Shown here one piece after another: positions 11,632 through 23,816 of a DNA stretch of 64,000 bases. This stretch comes from Azolla caroliniana (Eukaryota > Plantae > Polypodiophyta), in the NCBI GenBank assembly GCA_043228905.1, contig JBHGNT010000002.1, positions 21,452,001 to 21,516,000 on the forward strand. The letters run 5' to 3'. Each line of letters begins with the position of its first letter. Position 1 is the first letter of the stretch. The notes under the pieces are model-generated. The model was given only the letters and a program-made list of their open reading frames with translations. It ran no database searches and had not been told where the DNA came from. Both the position numbers and the translations under genes were made by a program.

Positions 11632-14600
11632 CTATCCCTCCTCTTAAAACGACGAGTTGAAGGAGTTGTTAGCAATGCAGGGCTAGGTTTGTTGGGATAG
11701 TGACGATGGAAGTTGTCGATAAGAGCTTGAGCATTACAACCATTATCGACAGGTTCCCATGTGCGATCGCTCGGGGTATACCCTAGCCAATCAACTAGAT
11801 AATACAACTTATTGCGCACAATCTTAGAATCGAGAATGGATTCTACCTCATACTCTGGGCCATGAGCAAGTTGGAGAGGAGGCGGCGGTGGCATGACACA
11901 ATTGGGAATCGAGCTGGAGTGCCATAGTTCCAAAAGAGAGCTGTGAAAGACTACATGAAGCCGCAAATTTTCAGGAAGATCAAGACGGAATGTTGCATCA
12001 TTAATCCGCTCCTTGATGACAAAAGGACCCAAGCGTTTATAATCTAGTTTATCACATGGTCGAGTAATCTTTATGTGATGGCGTAACAACCATACCCGAT
12101 CACCAATCTTAATAGGAGATGGAAGATGATGTCGATCTACATGGGCGTTATGTTGGGCTTGAGCTTTCTGAAGATGTGAAGATAACTTGGACTGGATGTG
12201 TTGTAGTCGGTGGAGGTGCTGCTCTGCACTAGGTTTTGGTGAGATAACTGGAATGTCCAAGATACACCATCGAGGATGGTTGCCAATATAGGCATAGAAA
12301 GGTGTGACCTTGGTAGAAGACTGTATGGTGTTATTTTATGCAAACTATACAAGATGCAATATATGTCTCCAATCATCATGTTGATAACTGATGAAACATC
12401 GAAGATACTACTCAAGTGTTTGATTTGTGCTCTCTGTTTGGTCATCAGTTTCGGGATGATATGCTTAGGAGAGTTTGCAAGAGATTCGGAACCCGTCACA
12501 TAGGTGCTTCCAAAAGTGAGAGATAAATTGCGGACCACGATCACTAATTATGTCGTTTGGAAAACCATGATGGCGAAATACTTCACGCATAATGATATAT
12601 GTTGTTTCTTGACTACTAATGCTCTTTACGCAGGGCAAAAAATGTGCCATCTTGGTAAATTGATCCACTACGGTTAAAATAGCATCATTCTTATGGGTTG
12701 TTACAATGGTATCATCCTTAGCAAAATTATCAGAGTGAACTTGCTGTCGAATAGTATCAAGAAGACTTGAATCCAGTGGCATGGGACAAACCGTGGTTGC
12801 TTGTAGTTTTGTTGGACCAAGGAGAACTTGCTTTTGATTGTCAAAAATTGGATCTCTAGGGAGAAGTGCCAAATATGAGCATCGAGATAGAGCATAGTCT
12901 TGCCCTTATTGTTTCCCTAGGCAGAAAATGATCTTGAAATCAAAACGAGTTAAAAATTGCGCCCACCGAGCTTGTCGCCTATTTAGCACTCAAGTCGTCT
13001 AAACATATGTAAGATTTTTGTGGTCACTATAAATTATGATTTTTGAGGCGAACCTTCCAAGAAATGTCACCATTGCACAAAAGAGTCGACCACAACTAGT
13101 AACTCTTTGTCATGCACCTCGTAGTTAATCTCTGCAAGCTTAAATATTCTTGAGTGAAATGCGACTGGATACAATTGCCCAGCTTCACCTGGTTGTGATA
13201 GGATGCTCCCCAATGCAAAGTCAGATGCATCTGCCTCAATGGTAAATGGCTTTTCTGGATCAACATGAGTTAAGACAGGAGCTGATGTGAATGCCTCTTT
13301 CAATTGAGTAAAGGCTTCCTCCGCTTCAAGAGTCCAAACAAATTCTTGATTTTTCTTGGTGAGTTGAGTGAGCGGCAATACTATCTTCGGATAATTCCAT
13401 ATGAATTTGCGGTAGAAGTTGGCAAATCCATGGAAATACTGGACATCGCGGACGGAACTTGGAGTATGCAATTCCAATATTGTTTGAAATTTTGTTGGAT
13501 CCATGAAGATACCTTTGGATGAAATGGTATAACCCAAGAACTCAACTTCTTTGCAATCAAAACTAGACTTCTCCAGTTTGGCATAAAGACCATACTCTCT
13601 TAAACGTTGGAGTACCTTCCGCACATGTACATCATGCTCCGCCTGTTTTCTAGAGTAAATCAATAGATCATCTAAATAGATGATGTCAAAGATATCTAGA
13701 AAACCTCAGCAAATGTCATTTGCCATATGTTGAAACACGGCGGAAGCGTTTGTGAGCCCAAAATGCATTACTATATACTTGAAATGGCCATATCGAGTGC
13801 GAAATGCAATCTTCCAGTCATCTCCCGGTCAAATACGGACAAGATTATATGCACCCCTTAGATCAATTTCGGTAAAATGCTTTGCCCAACCAATGCGCTC
13901 TAAAAGACTAGAAATTAAAGGTAGAGCATACTTATTTCTTATTGTGACTTTATTTAATCGCTGATAATCCACGACCAAACAAAGTGAGCCGTCCTTTTTC
14001 TTCACGAAAAAGATAGGAGCACCACCTAGAGACTTTGAACATCGAATAAACCCACTTGCAAGATTCTCGTCGATGTATGCTCAAAGAACCTCAAGCTCCG
14101 TTGGTGACAGATTGTAGATCGAACCCCATGGTGGCGCTTTTCCTAGCTATAGATCAATGGGACAATCGTATGACTGATGCTTTGGAAGTACACTAGATTT
14201 GGCTTTGTCGAAGACATCAACATATTCTTGGTACTTTTTAGGAATGTAGACCTCTGACATCCCTTGAGTGTCACTAGAAGGTGCAACAGATATGGAAAAT
14301 AAGAATAAATCTTCTTATGCTCCTTCTTGGCATAATTGTTGTAGGGTGATGGTTGAAATCTGATGAAGAGGAACAACGTGTTTGGTAGAGGGTGAATAGG
14401 TAACACTATGTTTTTCAAGAGGAGGATCTTCGGTCCGACCGTTGACTACTATGTTTCCTTTTGAAGGGGACCTAATTTCTCGTTATCTCCAATCAATTCT
14501 TGGGTTGTGTAGCTCGAACCATGGCAAACCAAAGACTACTGGATGCACAAGGCTACTAATTATGTTAAACGAAACTACACATCCTAGATCACCTAAGAGT

Positions 14601-14880
14601 ATGTGTATTGGTTCAGACTCCTCTAATATTTTTCTAGAAGCTACAGAAATTGGGCAAGGAAGTTTATGCAAGGGTATTCGATGTTTTCGAGCAAAATCTC
14701 TATCCATGAAACAAGAATTGGCTCCGGTATCTAAGAGAGCTGGGACACGAAGTTGACAACTTAGTGTCCTAACTTGTACTTGGGCAGAGAAAACTCTACT
14801 AACAAGCTTGGAAGAGATGGAACCCACACTAGGTTGTACAGATCTAGGACTGTCCAACCAAACGGCTCCGATTTTGGCCG
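11632..14880 (-). pseudogene. pol: Gypsy pol (PR-RT-RH-INT-chromodomain) with stops, frameshifts and loss of the integrase zinc-finger region
   Basis: ORFs 14483-14857, 13067-13663, 12465-12872, 12137-12544, 11577-12260. Confidence 0.9.
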
Positions 14881-16375
14881 GTCTTATTGATTTGACTCCT
14901 CTTCTAATTGGCTTAGGACCTCAAACTTATTGGATAGAGTTTGATTACTAGAATCACTAGTTGGCACAGTTTCAACAATGCTAGACTCATTTCTATTATC
15001 ATAGTTAATGTGATGTACCTGACGTCTTGGTCTATGCAGGCAATGAATGACAATATGTCTTGGACCTCCACAATATAAGCATAGTCGATTTGATCGACGA
15101 CGTTGTTTCTCTTCATTTGATAACATTCCTCGTCGCCAGGTCATATCAATCTCCATCGGTGTTGGGCTATGCATTGGTGTTGGGCTACGTGCTTGTCGTG
15201 GAGGCGTGCTTGTCATGGAGGCGGGAGGGGGCTATATTGTTACCTTGGAGATTGTATTGTCATTGGTGCATAAGTTGGTGTAAATCTTGATCTTGTTTGT
15301 TGCTGTTGTCGCTCGGACAGACACTCAAAGAGCCGATTATCACACCGTACTGCTCGGCTAATAGCTTCTCTAAGGGATTTTGGATCCTCATGGTATGTAA
15401 GAAGTAAATCTTTTACATCTCCACGGAGGCCCGAATGAAACTGCTCCATTAGGGCTTGTTTGTCCCAAGGAATATCACTTGCAATGAGACGAAAATTGGT
15501 TGCATACGTTGATGTTGGTTGATCCCCTTCCCGCAATGTGTGAATCTTGTTGATTGTCGTTCTTACACTATATGTGTCTCCGAAGCAAGACATAAACTCT
15601 TTGATAAATTCTTCAAAGTTGTTAAGTAGGGAAGAATTTGCTTCTAGCAATGGAGCAAACCATGACAATGCCGTTGTCGTGAAGATTTTCGTCCACGAGC
15701 GCAAACCCGAGGAACGAGAGCCAAAGAGCGATGTGCAACGTTGCACACGTACATAATGTATTTGTAATAATAATAGGGGTAAAGGGTATGCTGCTAGAAA
15801 TGCCCATAAGATCCCTAAGGTATAAGGGCGATGTGGTCTTGTGCGCACATCCACGCGAGAGAGAGAGAGGGGTACTATGCGGTACATAGGTACCTAGTTG
15901 TTTGTGAGGAGGTGGGAGTAAAGGGTCCATCAATCTCACCCTCCCCAAATCAAGGCAAATATCCCCTTTGAATGAAAGGGGATATTTTAGTCTCACTTTG
16001 TAAACGGTCTTCCCTCCTTGTGCTATAAAAGGAGAGGGAATGCACCATTATGGGGGTTGCCTATTTTGAGTGTGCGAGGTATACCACATAGGTCGAGCGT
16101 TAGGGTTAGCGTTTCTTTGTCTTTTTCTTCATCTTCGTCGGTTAGGGTTTCGAGTTTTCGTTTGATGCGGCCTGCGCGGCCACCATTTTGTAATCGTTCA
16201 TTTCGTTTTAATATATCTTGTTTGATCTAATATATCTTGTTCATTCTTCTTCTTCTTGAGCAAAGCTTCCATTCCATGTCTGATTCCTTCTGCTCACTCC
16301 TTAGTCCAAGACACCCGTGGTCCCGCTCTTCTCCACGCACGTGTGTAGCAACGCGACATATTTGGTGAACCCGAC

Positions 16376-17701
16376 GTGAAGAGGCGGCAAGGGAGGAAGG
16401 AGATGGAAGACGAAGACATCGCGGAAGTAATTATGAGAATGGCAAGGGATTTCGCAAGAAGGAGAGAAAGACGGGAAGAGGCGTACAAGTACGATCGACG
16501 CGAGTTTGATCTATGGGTGTCGTCGGCAAAGGCTCCTCGAAGCGCAATGAAGGCATTCCGGGAGTTCGATCTCCGGTTTTCCCAACTTTCGGTCCGGGAT
16601 CAAGAATCAGTGGGGGCGGACAAGGTCCCACTATTCTTGAAGTCGGTCAACGAAAGGGGAAGAATGGCCATTTTTCCCTACCTCGAAGACGATGAAGGGG
16701 CGTACGGCCTCACCGAAGATTGGAACGAGGTGGTATGGGCGTGCATACAATGCGATGAGAGGCGGTCGGCCACAACGCGGCCCGCGAGCGGCGGAGAAGA
16801 GAGAGCAGCGACCGACTACGCACTACCGCCGGAAGAGAGCTCAACGCAAATCGGTTTGGAGGAGCTCGACATCGAAGCCTTGATGCGGGAAGTGTACGAG
16901 ATCGTAGAGGCACAAATCGAAGCCGAAGAAGGGCTTATTGTGGAGTCGGGGCCGAGTGGATCGGAGGATGAGGAGGCCGAAAGAGAATGGTACATCGGTA
17001 CCATGGGAGAGGGTGCGGAGCGAGCCACCCTCTCGACATGCGGAGAAAGATCGACCGAGGATGAGGTCGGGGAAGGTGAGGCGGCGATCGCCAGTTCGAG
17101 CGGACATGAGGGAGTTCGGGCATGGCGGCCCGAAACATCGAGCGGGGAGAAGACGGGCGGTGGTGCCGGGACCTTACGCACACCGGGCCTAGAGACTCCG
17201 GCAGCCGGCCCGAGAGCCGGTGTGAGACCTAGAGTGACGGGCGGTGGCGGGGGCAAGGCGGGCGACCATGATAGTGACATGGGAGAGGGTGCGAAAAGAG
17301 TGACTCTCTCGTCTTGCGGCGAATGGACGGCCATGGAGGCCGGTAACTACGGATTCGGGACATGGCGGCCCGAAACATCGAGGGAGGAGGAGACAAGCGG
17401 CGGTGCCCCAATCTTACACACACCGGCCCTAGAGGCACCGGTGGTCGGCCCGATTGCCGGCGTGAGACCTAGAGAGACGGGCGGTGGTGGCGGCAAGGCG
17501 GGCAACCGAGACAACGGTAAGGAGACCGTGGAAGAGGAGGCGGCAAGCATAATTGATGCTTGCATATACGGAGGCGGGGTAGCCACGGACGACGATGTCC
17601 GAATGGAGGTGACTACGGGCATAGCATCGACGAGCGGAGGCGTTGCTACCTTCACGCACCGGTTCAAGAGACCCCGGCGGCCGGCCCGAGTGCCCGCGTG
17701 A
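16376..17701 (+). CDS. Gag-like N-terminus followed by acidic/Gly-rich repeat region
   Basis: FREFDLRFSQLS..DKVPLFLKSV..LEDDEGAYGLTEDWNEV resembles Gypsy gag; located directly after the PBS. Confidence 0.5.
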   Translation: MKRRQGRKEMEDEDIAEVIMRMARDFARRRERREEAYKYDRREFDLWVSSAKAPRSAMKAFREFDLRFSQLSVRDQESVGADKVPLFLKSVNERGRMAIFPYLEDDEGAYGLTEDWNEVVWACIQCDERRSATTRPASGGEERAATDYALPPEESSTQIGLEELDIEALMREVYEIVEAQIEAEEGLIVESGPSGSEDEEAEREWYIGTMGEGAERATLSTCGERSTEDEVGEGEAAIASSSGHEGVRAWRPETSSGEKTGGGAGTLRTPGLETPAAGPRAGVRPRVTGGGGGKAGDHDSDMGEGAKRVTLSSCGEWTAMEAGNYGFGTWRPETSREEETSGGAPILHTPALEAPVVGPIAGVRPRETGGGGGKAGNRDNGKETVEEEAASIIDACIYGGGVATDDDVRMEVTTGIASTSGGVATFTHRFKRPRRPARVPA

Positions 17702-20335
17702 GACCTAGGGTAAACGAACAGTGGCGGCGGCAAGGCAGGCGACCACGGCGACGATGTGGGAGAGGGTGCGGAGGTAGCGACCCTCTCGACTTGTGGAAAG
17801 AAGACGGCCATGAATGAGGCCGATATCTACGGAGCAATGGACGCCACTTCGATAGTGGGCGAAAGTTTCGGGACGTGGTTGCTCGAAACGTTCTACGAGG
17901 ATTTCGCGAGCATACTCGAGGCTTGCGGAATCGAGGAAGGAGAGGAGACGAGCGGCGGTGCCGCAACCTTCCACACACCAGTCCTAGAGACTCCGGCAAC
18001 CGGCCCGAGAGCCAGTGTGAGACCTAGAGTGACGGGCGGTGGCGGGGGCAAGGCGGGCGACCATGATAGTGACATGGGAGAGGGTGCGAAAAGAGTGACT
18101 CTCTCGTCTTGCGGCGAATGGACGGCCATGGAGGCCGGTAACTACGGATTCGGGACATGGCGGCCCGAAACATCGAGGGAGGAGGAGACAAGCGGCGGTG
18201 CCGCAATCTTACACACACCGGCCCTAGAGGCACTGGTGGTCGGCCCGATTGCCGGCGTGAGACCTAGAGAGACGGGCGGTGGTGGCGGCAAGGCGGGCAA
18301 CCGAGACAACGGTAAGGAGACCGTGGAAGAGGAGGCGGCAAGCATAATTGATGCTTGCATATACGGAGGCGGGGTAGCCACGGACGACGATGTCCGAATG
18401 GAGGTGACTACGGGCATAGCATCGACGAGCAGAGACGTTGCTACCTTCACGCACCGGTTCAAGAGACCCCGGCGGCCGGCCCGAGTGCCCGCGTGAAACC
18501 TAGGGTAAACGAACAGTGGCGGCGGCAAGGCGGGCGACCACGGCGACGATGTGGGAGAGGGTGCGGAGGTAGCGACCCTCTCGACTTGTGGAAAGAAGAC
18601 GGCCATGAATGAGGCCGATATCTACGGAGCAATGGACGCCACTTCGATAGTGGGCGAAAGTTTCGGGACGTGGTTGCTCGAAACGTTCTACGAGGATTTC
18701 GCGAGCATACTCGAGGCTTGTGGAATCGAGGAAGGAGAGGAGACGAGCGGCGGTGCCGCAACCTTCCACACACCAGTCCTAGAGACTCCGGCAACCGGCC
18801 CGAGAGCCAGTGTGAGACCTAGAGTGACGGGCGGTGGCGGGGGCAAGGCGGGCGACCATGATAGTGACATGGGAGAGGGTGCGAAAAGAGTGACTCTCTC
18901 GTCTTGCGGCGAATGGACGGCCATGGAGGCCAGTAACTACGGATTCGGGACATGGCGGCCCGAAACATCGAGGGAGGAGGAGACAAGCGGCGGTGCCGCA
19001 ATCTTACACACACCGGCCCTAGAGGCACTGGTGGTCGGCCCGATTGCCGGCGTGAGACCTAGAGAGACGGGCGGTGGTGGCGGCAAGGCGGGCAACCGAG
19101 ACAACGGTAAGGAGACCGTGGAAGAGGAGGCGGCAAGCATAATTGATGCTTGCATATACGGAGGCGGGGTAGCCACGGACGACGATGTCCGAATGGAGGT
19201 GACTACGGGCATAGCATCGACGAGCGGAGGCGTTGCTACCTTCACGCACCGGTTCAAGAGACCCCGGCGGCCGGCCCGAGTGCCCGCGTGAGACCTAGGG
19301 TAAACGAACAGTGGCGGCGGCAAGGCGGGCGACCACGGCGACGATGTGGGAGAGGGTGCGGAGGTAGCGACCCTCTCGACTTGTGGAAAGAAGACGGCCA
19401 TGAATGAGGCCGATATCTACGGAGCAATGGACGCCACTTCGATAGTGGGCGAAAGTTTCGGGACGTGGTTGCTCGAAACGTTCTACGAGGATTTCGCGAG
19501 AATACTCGAGGCTTGCGGAATCGAGGAAGGAGAGGAGACGAGCGGCGGTGCCGCAACCTTCCACACACCAGTCCTAGAGACTCCGGCAACCGGCCCGAGA
19601 GCCAGTGTGAGACCTAGAGTGACGGGCGGTGGCGGGGGCAAGGCGGGCGACCATGATAGTGACATGGGAGAGGGTGCAAAAAGAGTGACTCTCTCGTCTT
19701 GCGGCGAATGGACGGCCATGGAGGCCGGTAACTACGGATTCGGGACATGGCGGCCCGAAACATCGAGGGAGGAGGAGACAAGCGGCGGTGCCGCAATCTT
19801 ACACACACCGGCCCTAGAGGCACCGGTGGTCGGCCCGATTGCCGGCGTGAGACCTAGAGAGACGGGCGGTGGTGGCGGCAAGGCGGGCAACCGAGACAAC
19901 GGTAAGGAGACCGTGGAAGAGGAGGCGGCAAGCATAATTGATGCTTGCATATACGGAGGCGGGGTAGCCACGGACGACGATGTCCGAATGGAGGTGGCTA
20001 CGGGCATAGCATCGACGAGCGGAGGCGTTGCTACCTTCACGCACCGGTTCAAGAGACCCCGGCGGCCGGCCCGAGTGCCCGCGTGAGACCTAGGGTAACG
20101 AACCGTGGCGGTAGCAAGGCGGGCGACCACGGCGACGATGTGGGAGAGGGTGCGGAGCGAGCGACCCTCTCGACTTGTGGAAAGAAGACGGCCATGAATG
20201 AGGCCGATATCTACGGAGCAATGGACGCCACTTCGATAGTGGGCGAAAGTTTCGGGACGTGGTTGCCCGAAACGTTCTACGAGGATTTCGCGAGCATACT
20301 CGAGGCTTGCGGAATCGAGGAAGGAGAGGAGACGA
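17150..20335 (+). repeat. Tandem array of ~4 x 795-bp units, each built of three diverged ~240-315-bp subunits
   Basis: AGAGACTCCGGCA recurs at 17191, 17986, 18781, 19576; near-identical 246-aa ORFs at 17756, 18551, 19346. Confidence 0.95.
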
Positions 20336-23300
20336 AACTACGGATTCGGGACATGGCGACCCGAAACATCGAGGGAGGAGGAGACAAGCGGCGGTGCCGC
20401 AATCTTACACACACCAGTCCTAGAGACTCCGGCAACCGGCCCGAGAGCCAGTGTGAGACCTAGAGAGACGGACGGTGGCGGCGGCAAGGCGGGCAACCAA
20501 AATGACGAAGAGGAGGTTTGTAGCGGAGGGAGGCGAGATCCCTCAACACCGGGGCCGGAGACTTCGGCGGTTGCGCCCGAGCGCGGACATAAGACCGGAG
20601 AGATGGGCGGTGGCCCTGAGGATGAGAGGCCCGGAGTGGGCACGTGCGAAAAGACCGAAGGAGAGGTCCGGAGCGGCATCGAGGAGCGAGTCGGGAACCG
20701 ACCCATCCGAAAGATGAGCCGGTCAATAATCCGACCCGACCGGGAGGCGAAGCGGAAGAAGAGTGAAGCGGGGTCCGGTCAACCGAGCCCAAACCGAAGA
20801 AGAACCGGCAAGGCCGGATTTGCGCAGACAAACATGTACCGGCCGGTTACGATTACGGAAGGGAGCCGACCAAACCGGAACTCGATCGGCCGAGACCGAT
20901 CCGGGCGAAGGCCAAGTCGGCATGATTGGAGATCGGGGAGGGCGGGTCACAACACGCGACGAGAGCCGATGAGCGTATTGAGGAGGCCTAGTGGGCACGA
21001 TGATCACAGCTTGCTAAAAGACCGAGAGCAAGAGGGACCTTCCACACCCATTCTAGAGACTTCGGCGGTTGCGGATGAACGTTAGACCGGAGAGATGGCG
21101 GGTGGCGGCGAGGAGTCGGAGGCTGAAGCGGACAAAGTTATCGGAGCGGGTATCCGGTATGAGGTGATGGACGAGCGGGTCCAAGATGGCGAGCCCAGGT
21201 CAGAACGGGCTACGGTGACAAAGGACGAAGTGGTCGACGCGGAGGTCGGGTCTACGGCGGATGAAGGGCGTAACACGAAGCATGCACTACGGTCGGTGAA
21301 AGGCCCGAGAACGAGCATGCATCCGAGAGAGCATCAAAGAGTGACCGGAAACAGTGGAACGATTGAGCCTTTGAGAGGCGAGGACTCGCTGGTGGACTGA
21401 GAGTGGGAGGAACCCTCCACACCTACCCGTGAGGCATCGACGGTCGCGGATCGAAAGGAGAACGAGGAAACGGTGGGTGGCGGCGAGGAGTTGGAGACCG
21501 AAGCGGAGGTTGGGTCTAAGGCGGAAGCGCGACACGCATGCAATACGGCCGGTGGAGGGCCAAGATACAAGCATGCATATGGCGAATGGGCGACAACGAT
21601 TAACCGACGATGACGGTCGGGTCAAGCCTTCGAGAGGCAAGCGCGGGATGAAGGACGATGCGGCGTAACACCAAGATCGACGACATGGGCAGAGCGCGAT
21701 CGGCATGAGCGGAGAGTCGTATCTAGGAAAACGGAGGAGATGCGCGGAGAACAACGGGGTACACACCGGGAAAAGAAAGCGCGGCGCCTTCCCGGAGGGC
21801 ATACAAGGCCAAGTGGGCCAAGAGGGCGCAAGTCAAGGCGAGGCGATAAGGAGAGCCTCGAGGGACACCGACACGGAGGTCGGGATGATGGTACGCTCTA
21901 CGGCGAGAGAGCACAACGAGGAAAGGAGAGGCAAGGAATGCGGAATGGGGTTATCGAAGGACCGAGGCACGAGCACGCATTCGGAGGAAAGCATCGACAT
22001 ACGGGGAAAGCCTACGGAAGGCAAGCGCGGAGAGGAGAAAGTTGGCACGCCGAGGTGTGCGGCACGCAAAGGGCGGAATCCGGGATGCGTCCGGGAGCGC
22101 ATCCGAAGGATATACGAGGAGGACAAAGGAAGAGCAACCGGGTCGGTGACGGCGTTCGGGAGGGTCGAACGGGGAGGAAAGCACGGGCATCGGATATGGC
22201 GGGACGGATGTAGTCGGTGGTTCAAGGACCCACGGTGGACGTGGCGGATCGGGTGGAGGCAACGACTCGACGAACATCGTCGAGTGTGGCAGATCGGATG
22301 GCGCCGACGGTTCGAGACCATTCGGCGAGGATGGTGGACCGGAAGGCGGCGGTGGTTCGTGTGGACGGGGTGGTCTTGCTCGGAGTGGAGGACAAAACCA
22401 GGCGGGCCCACGAGGACGCTAAGGACTCGGCCGGTCATCGTGGCCGAAAATCTCGTGTTCTCTCCCCTATGTTTTGGCACATACCGATGGATGTGCGGTT
22501 AGGTGGGGGCGGATGTCATGAAGATTTTCATCCACGAGCGGAAACCCAAGCAACGAGAGCCAAAGAGCGATGTGCAACGTTGCACACGTACATAATGTAT
22601 TTGTAATAATAATAGGGGTAAAGGCTATGATGCTAGAAATGCCCATAAGATCCCTAAGGTATAAGGGCGATGTGGTCTTGTGCGCACATCCACGCGCGAG
22701 AGAGAGAGGGGTACTATGCGGTACATAGGTACCTAGTTGTTTGTGAGGAGGTGGGAGTAAAGGGTCCATCAATCTCACCCTCCCCAAATCAAGGCAAATA
22801 TCCCCTTTGAATGAAAGGGGATATTTTAGTCTCACTTTGTAAACGGTCTTCCCTCCTTGTGCTATAAAAGGAGAGGGAATGCACCATTGTGGGGGTTGCC
22901 TATTTTGAGTGTGCGAGGTATACCACATAGGTCGAGCGTTAGGGTTAGCGTTTCTTTGTCTTTTTCTTCATCTTCGTCGGTTAGGGTTTCGAGTTTTCGT
23001 TTGGTGCAGCCTGCGTGGCCACCATTTTGTAATCGTTCATTTCGTTTTAATATATCTTGTTCATTCTTCTTCTTCTTGAGCAAAGCTTCCATTCCATGTC
23101 TGATTCCTTCTCCTCAGTCCTTAGTCCAAGACCCCCGTGGTCCCGCCCTTCTCCATGCACGCGCGTAGCAACGCGACACAGTCAATAAAGTACCCACTAA
23201 CCTGACTCAAGATGAATCCATCGGATAATGCATCTGGATCACCAACCGCACTTGATTTATAAAACCCCGGAAATGTGCTCTGAAACCATCGAATTTAGTT

Positions 23301-23816
23301 GGGAGGTTGATTTTGGGCTCCTTAAGAACTCCTTGACTATCGATGTTTAGTTGTTGTAAAGCTACTATTGCCAACTCTAATTGTTGAACCCTTCATGTAA
23401 ACTTGTCGTGTATTTGTTGCTTCTCTACAGAAACCTTACCTAGATCTTCAAGCAGTCGTTGATTCTCTAGCTCTAGTGATGCAAACTTTCTTTTTAGATT
23501 CTCCATTTCTGCAACAAGGGCGAGGTATTCTTATGGGTTGCTAGCAGCCATGGGTACTTACTAGTGGTTGTGGAAGAGGGTAAAGGAGAAGAAGTTCGAA
23601 TCAAACTGTCAGAACAATGAAAGAGATTGAACTATTGAAGGAAGGTATAGGAGAATAGAAGAAGAGAGGAGAATGGATTGATAAGAGAAGAGTGGGTTAT
23701 TAGAATAGAATGAGTACAAGGATCAGTTGGATACAAGGTACGCTTGGAGCTGAAGACTGGTGTTGATTCGAACTGACTTGATATGATCTATTTGACTCTA
23801 TTTATAGGTTTCTATA

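Larger units (their letters stand above)
15675..23178 (+). mobile_element. Non-autonomous LTR element (gag-like only, no RT/INT), tRNA-Trp PBS
   Basis: LTRs 15675-16358 and 22514-23178 (TGTC..GACA, highly similar); PBS TGGTGAACCCGACGTGA at ~16363; PPT AGGTGGGGGCGGA 22501-22513; GC-rich interior; inserted in chromovirus gag. Confidence 0.9.

Noticed and set aside
17150-20335. Regular repeats as a CRISPR-like array
   Set aside because: Units are 795-bp near-identical tandem copies with no unique spacers and no cas genes; eukaryotic LTR interior
16431-22480. Many overlapping antisense and alternative-frame ORFs
   Set aside because: Expected by-product of high GC and repetition; no domain motifs
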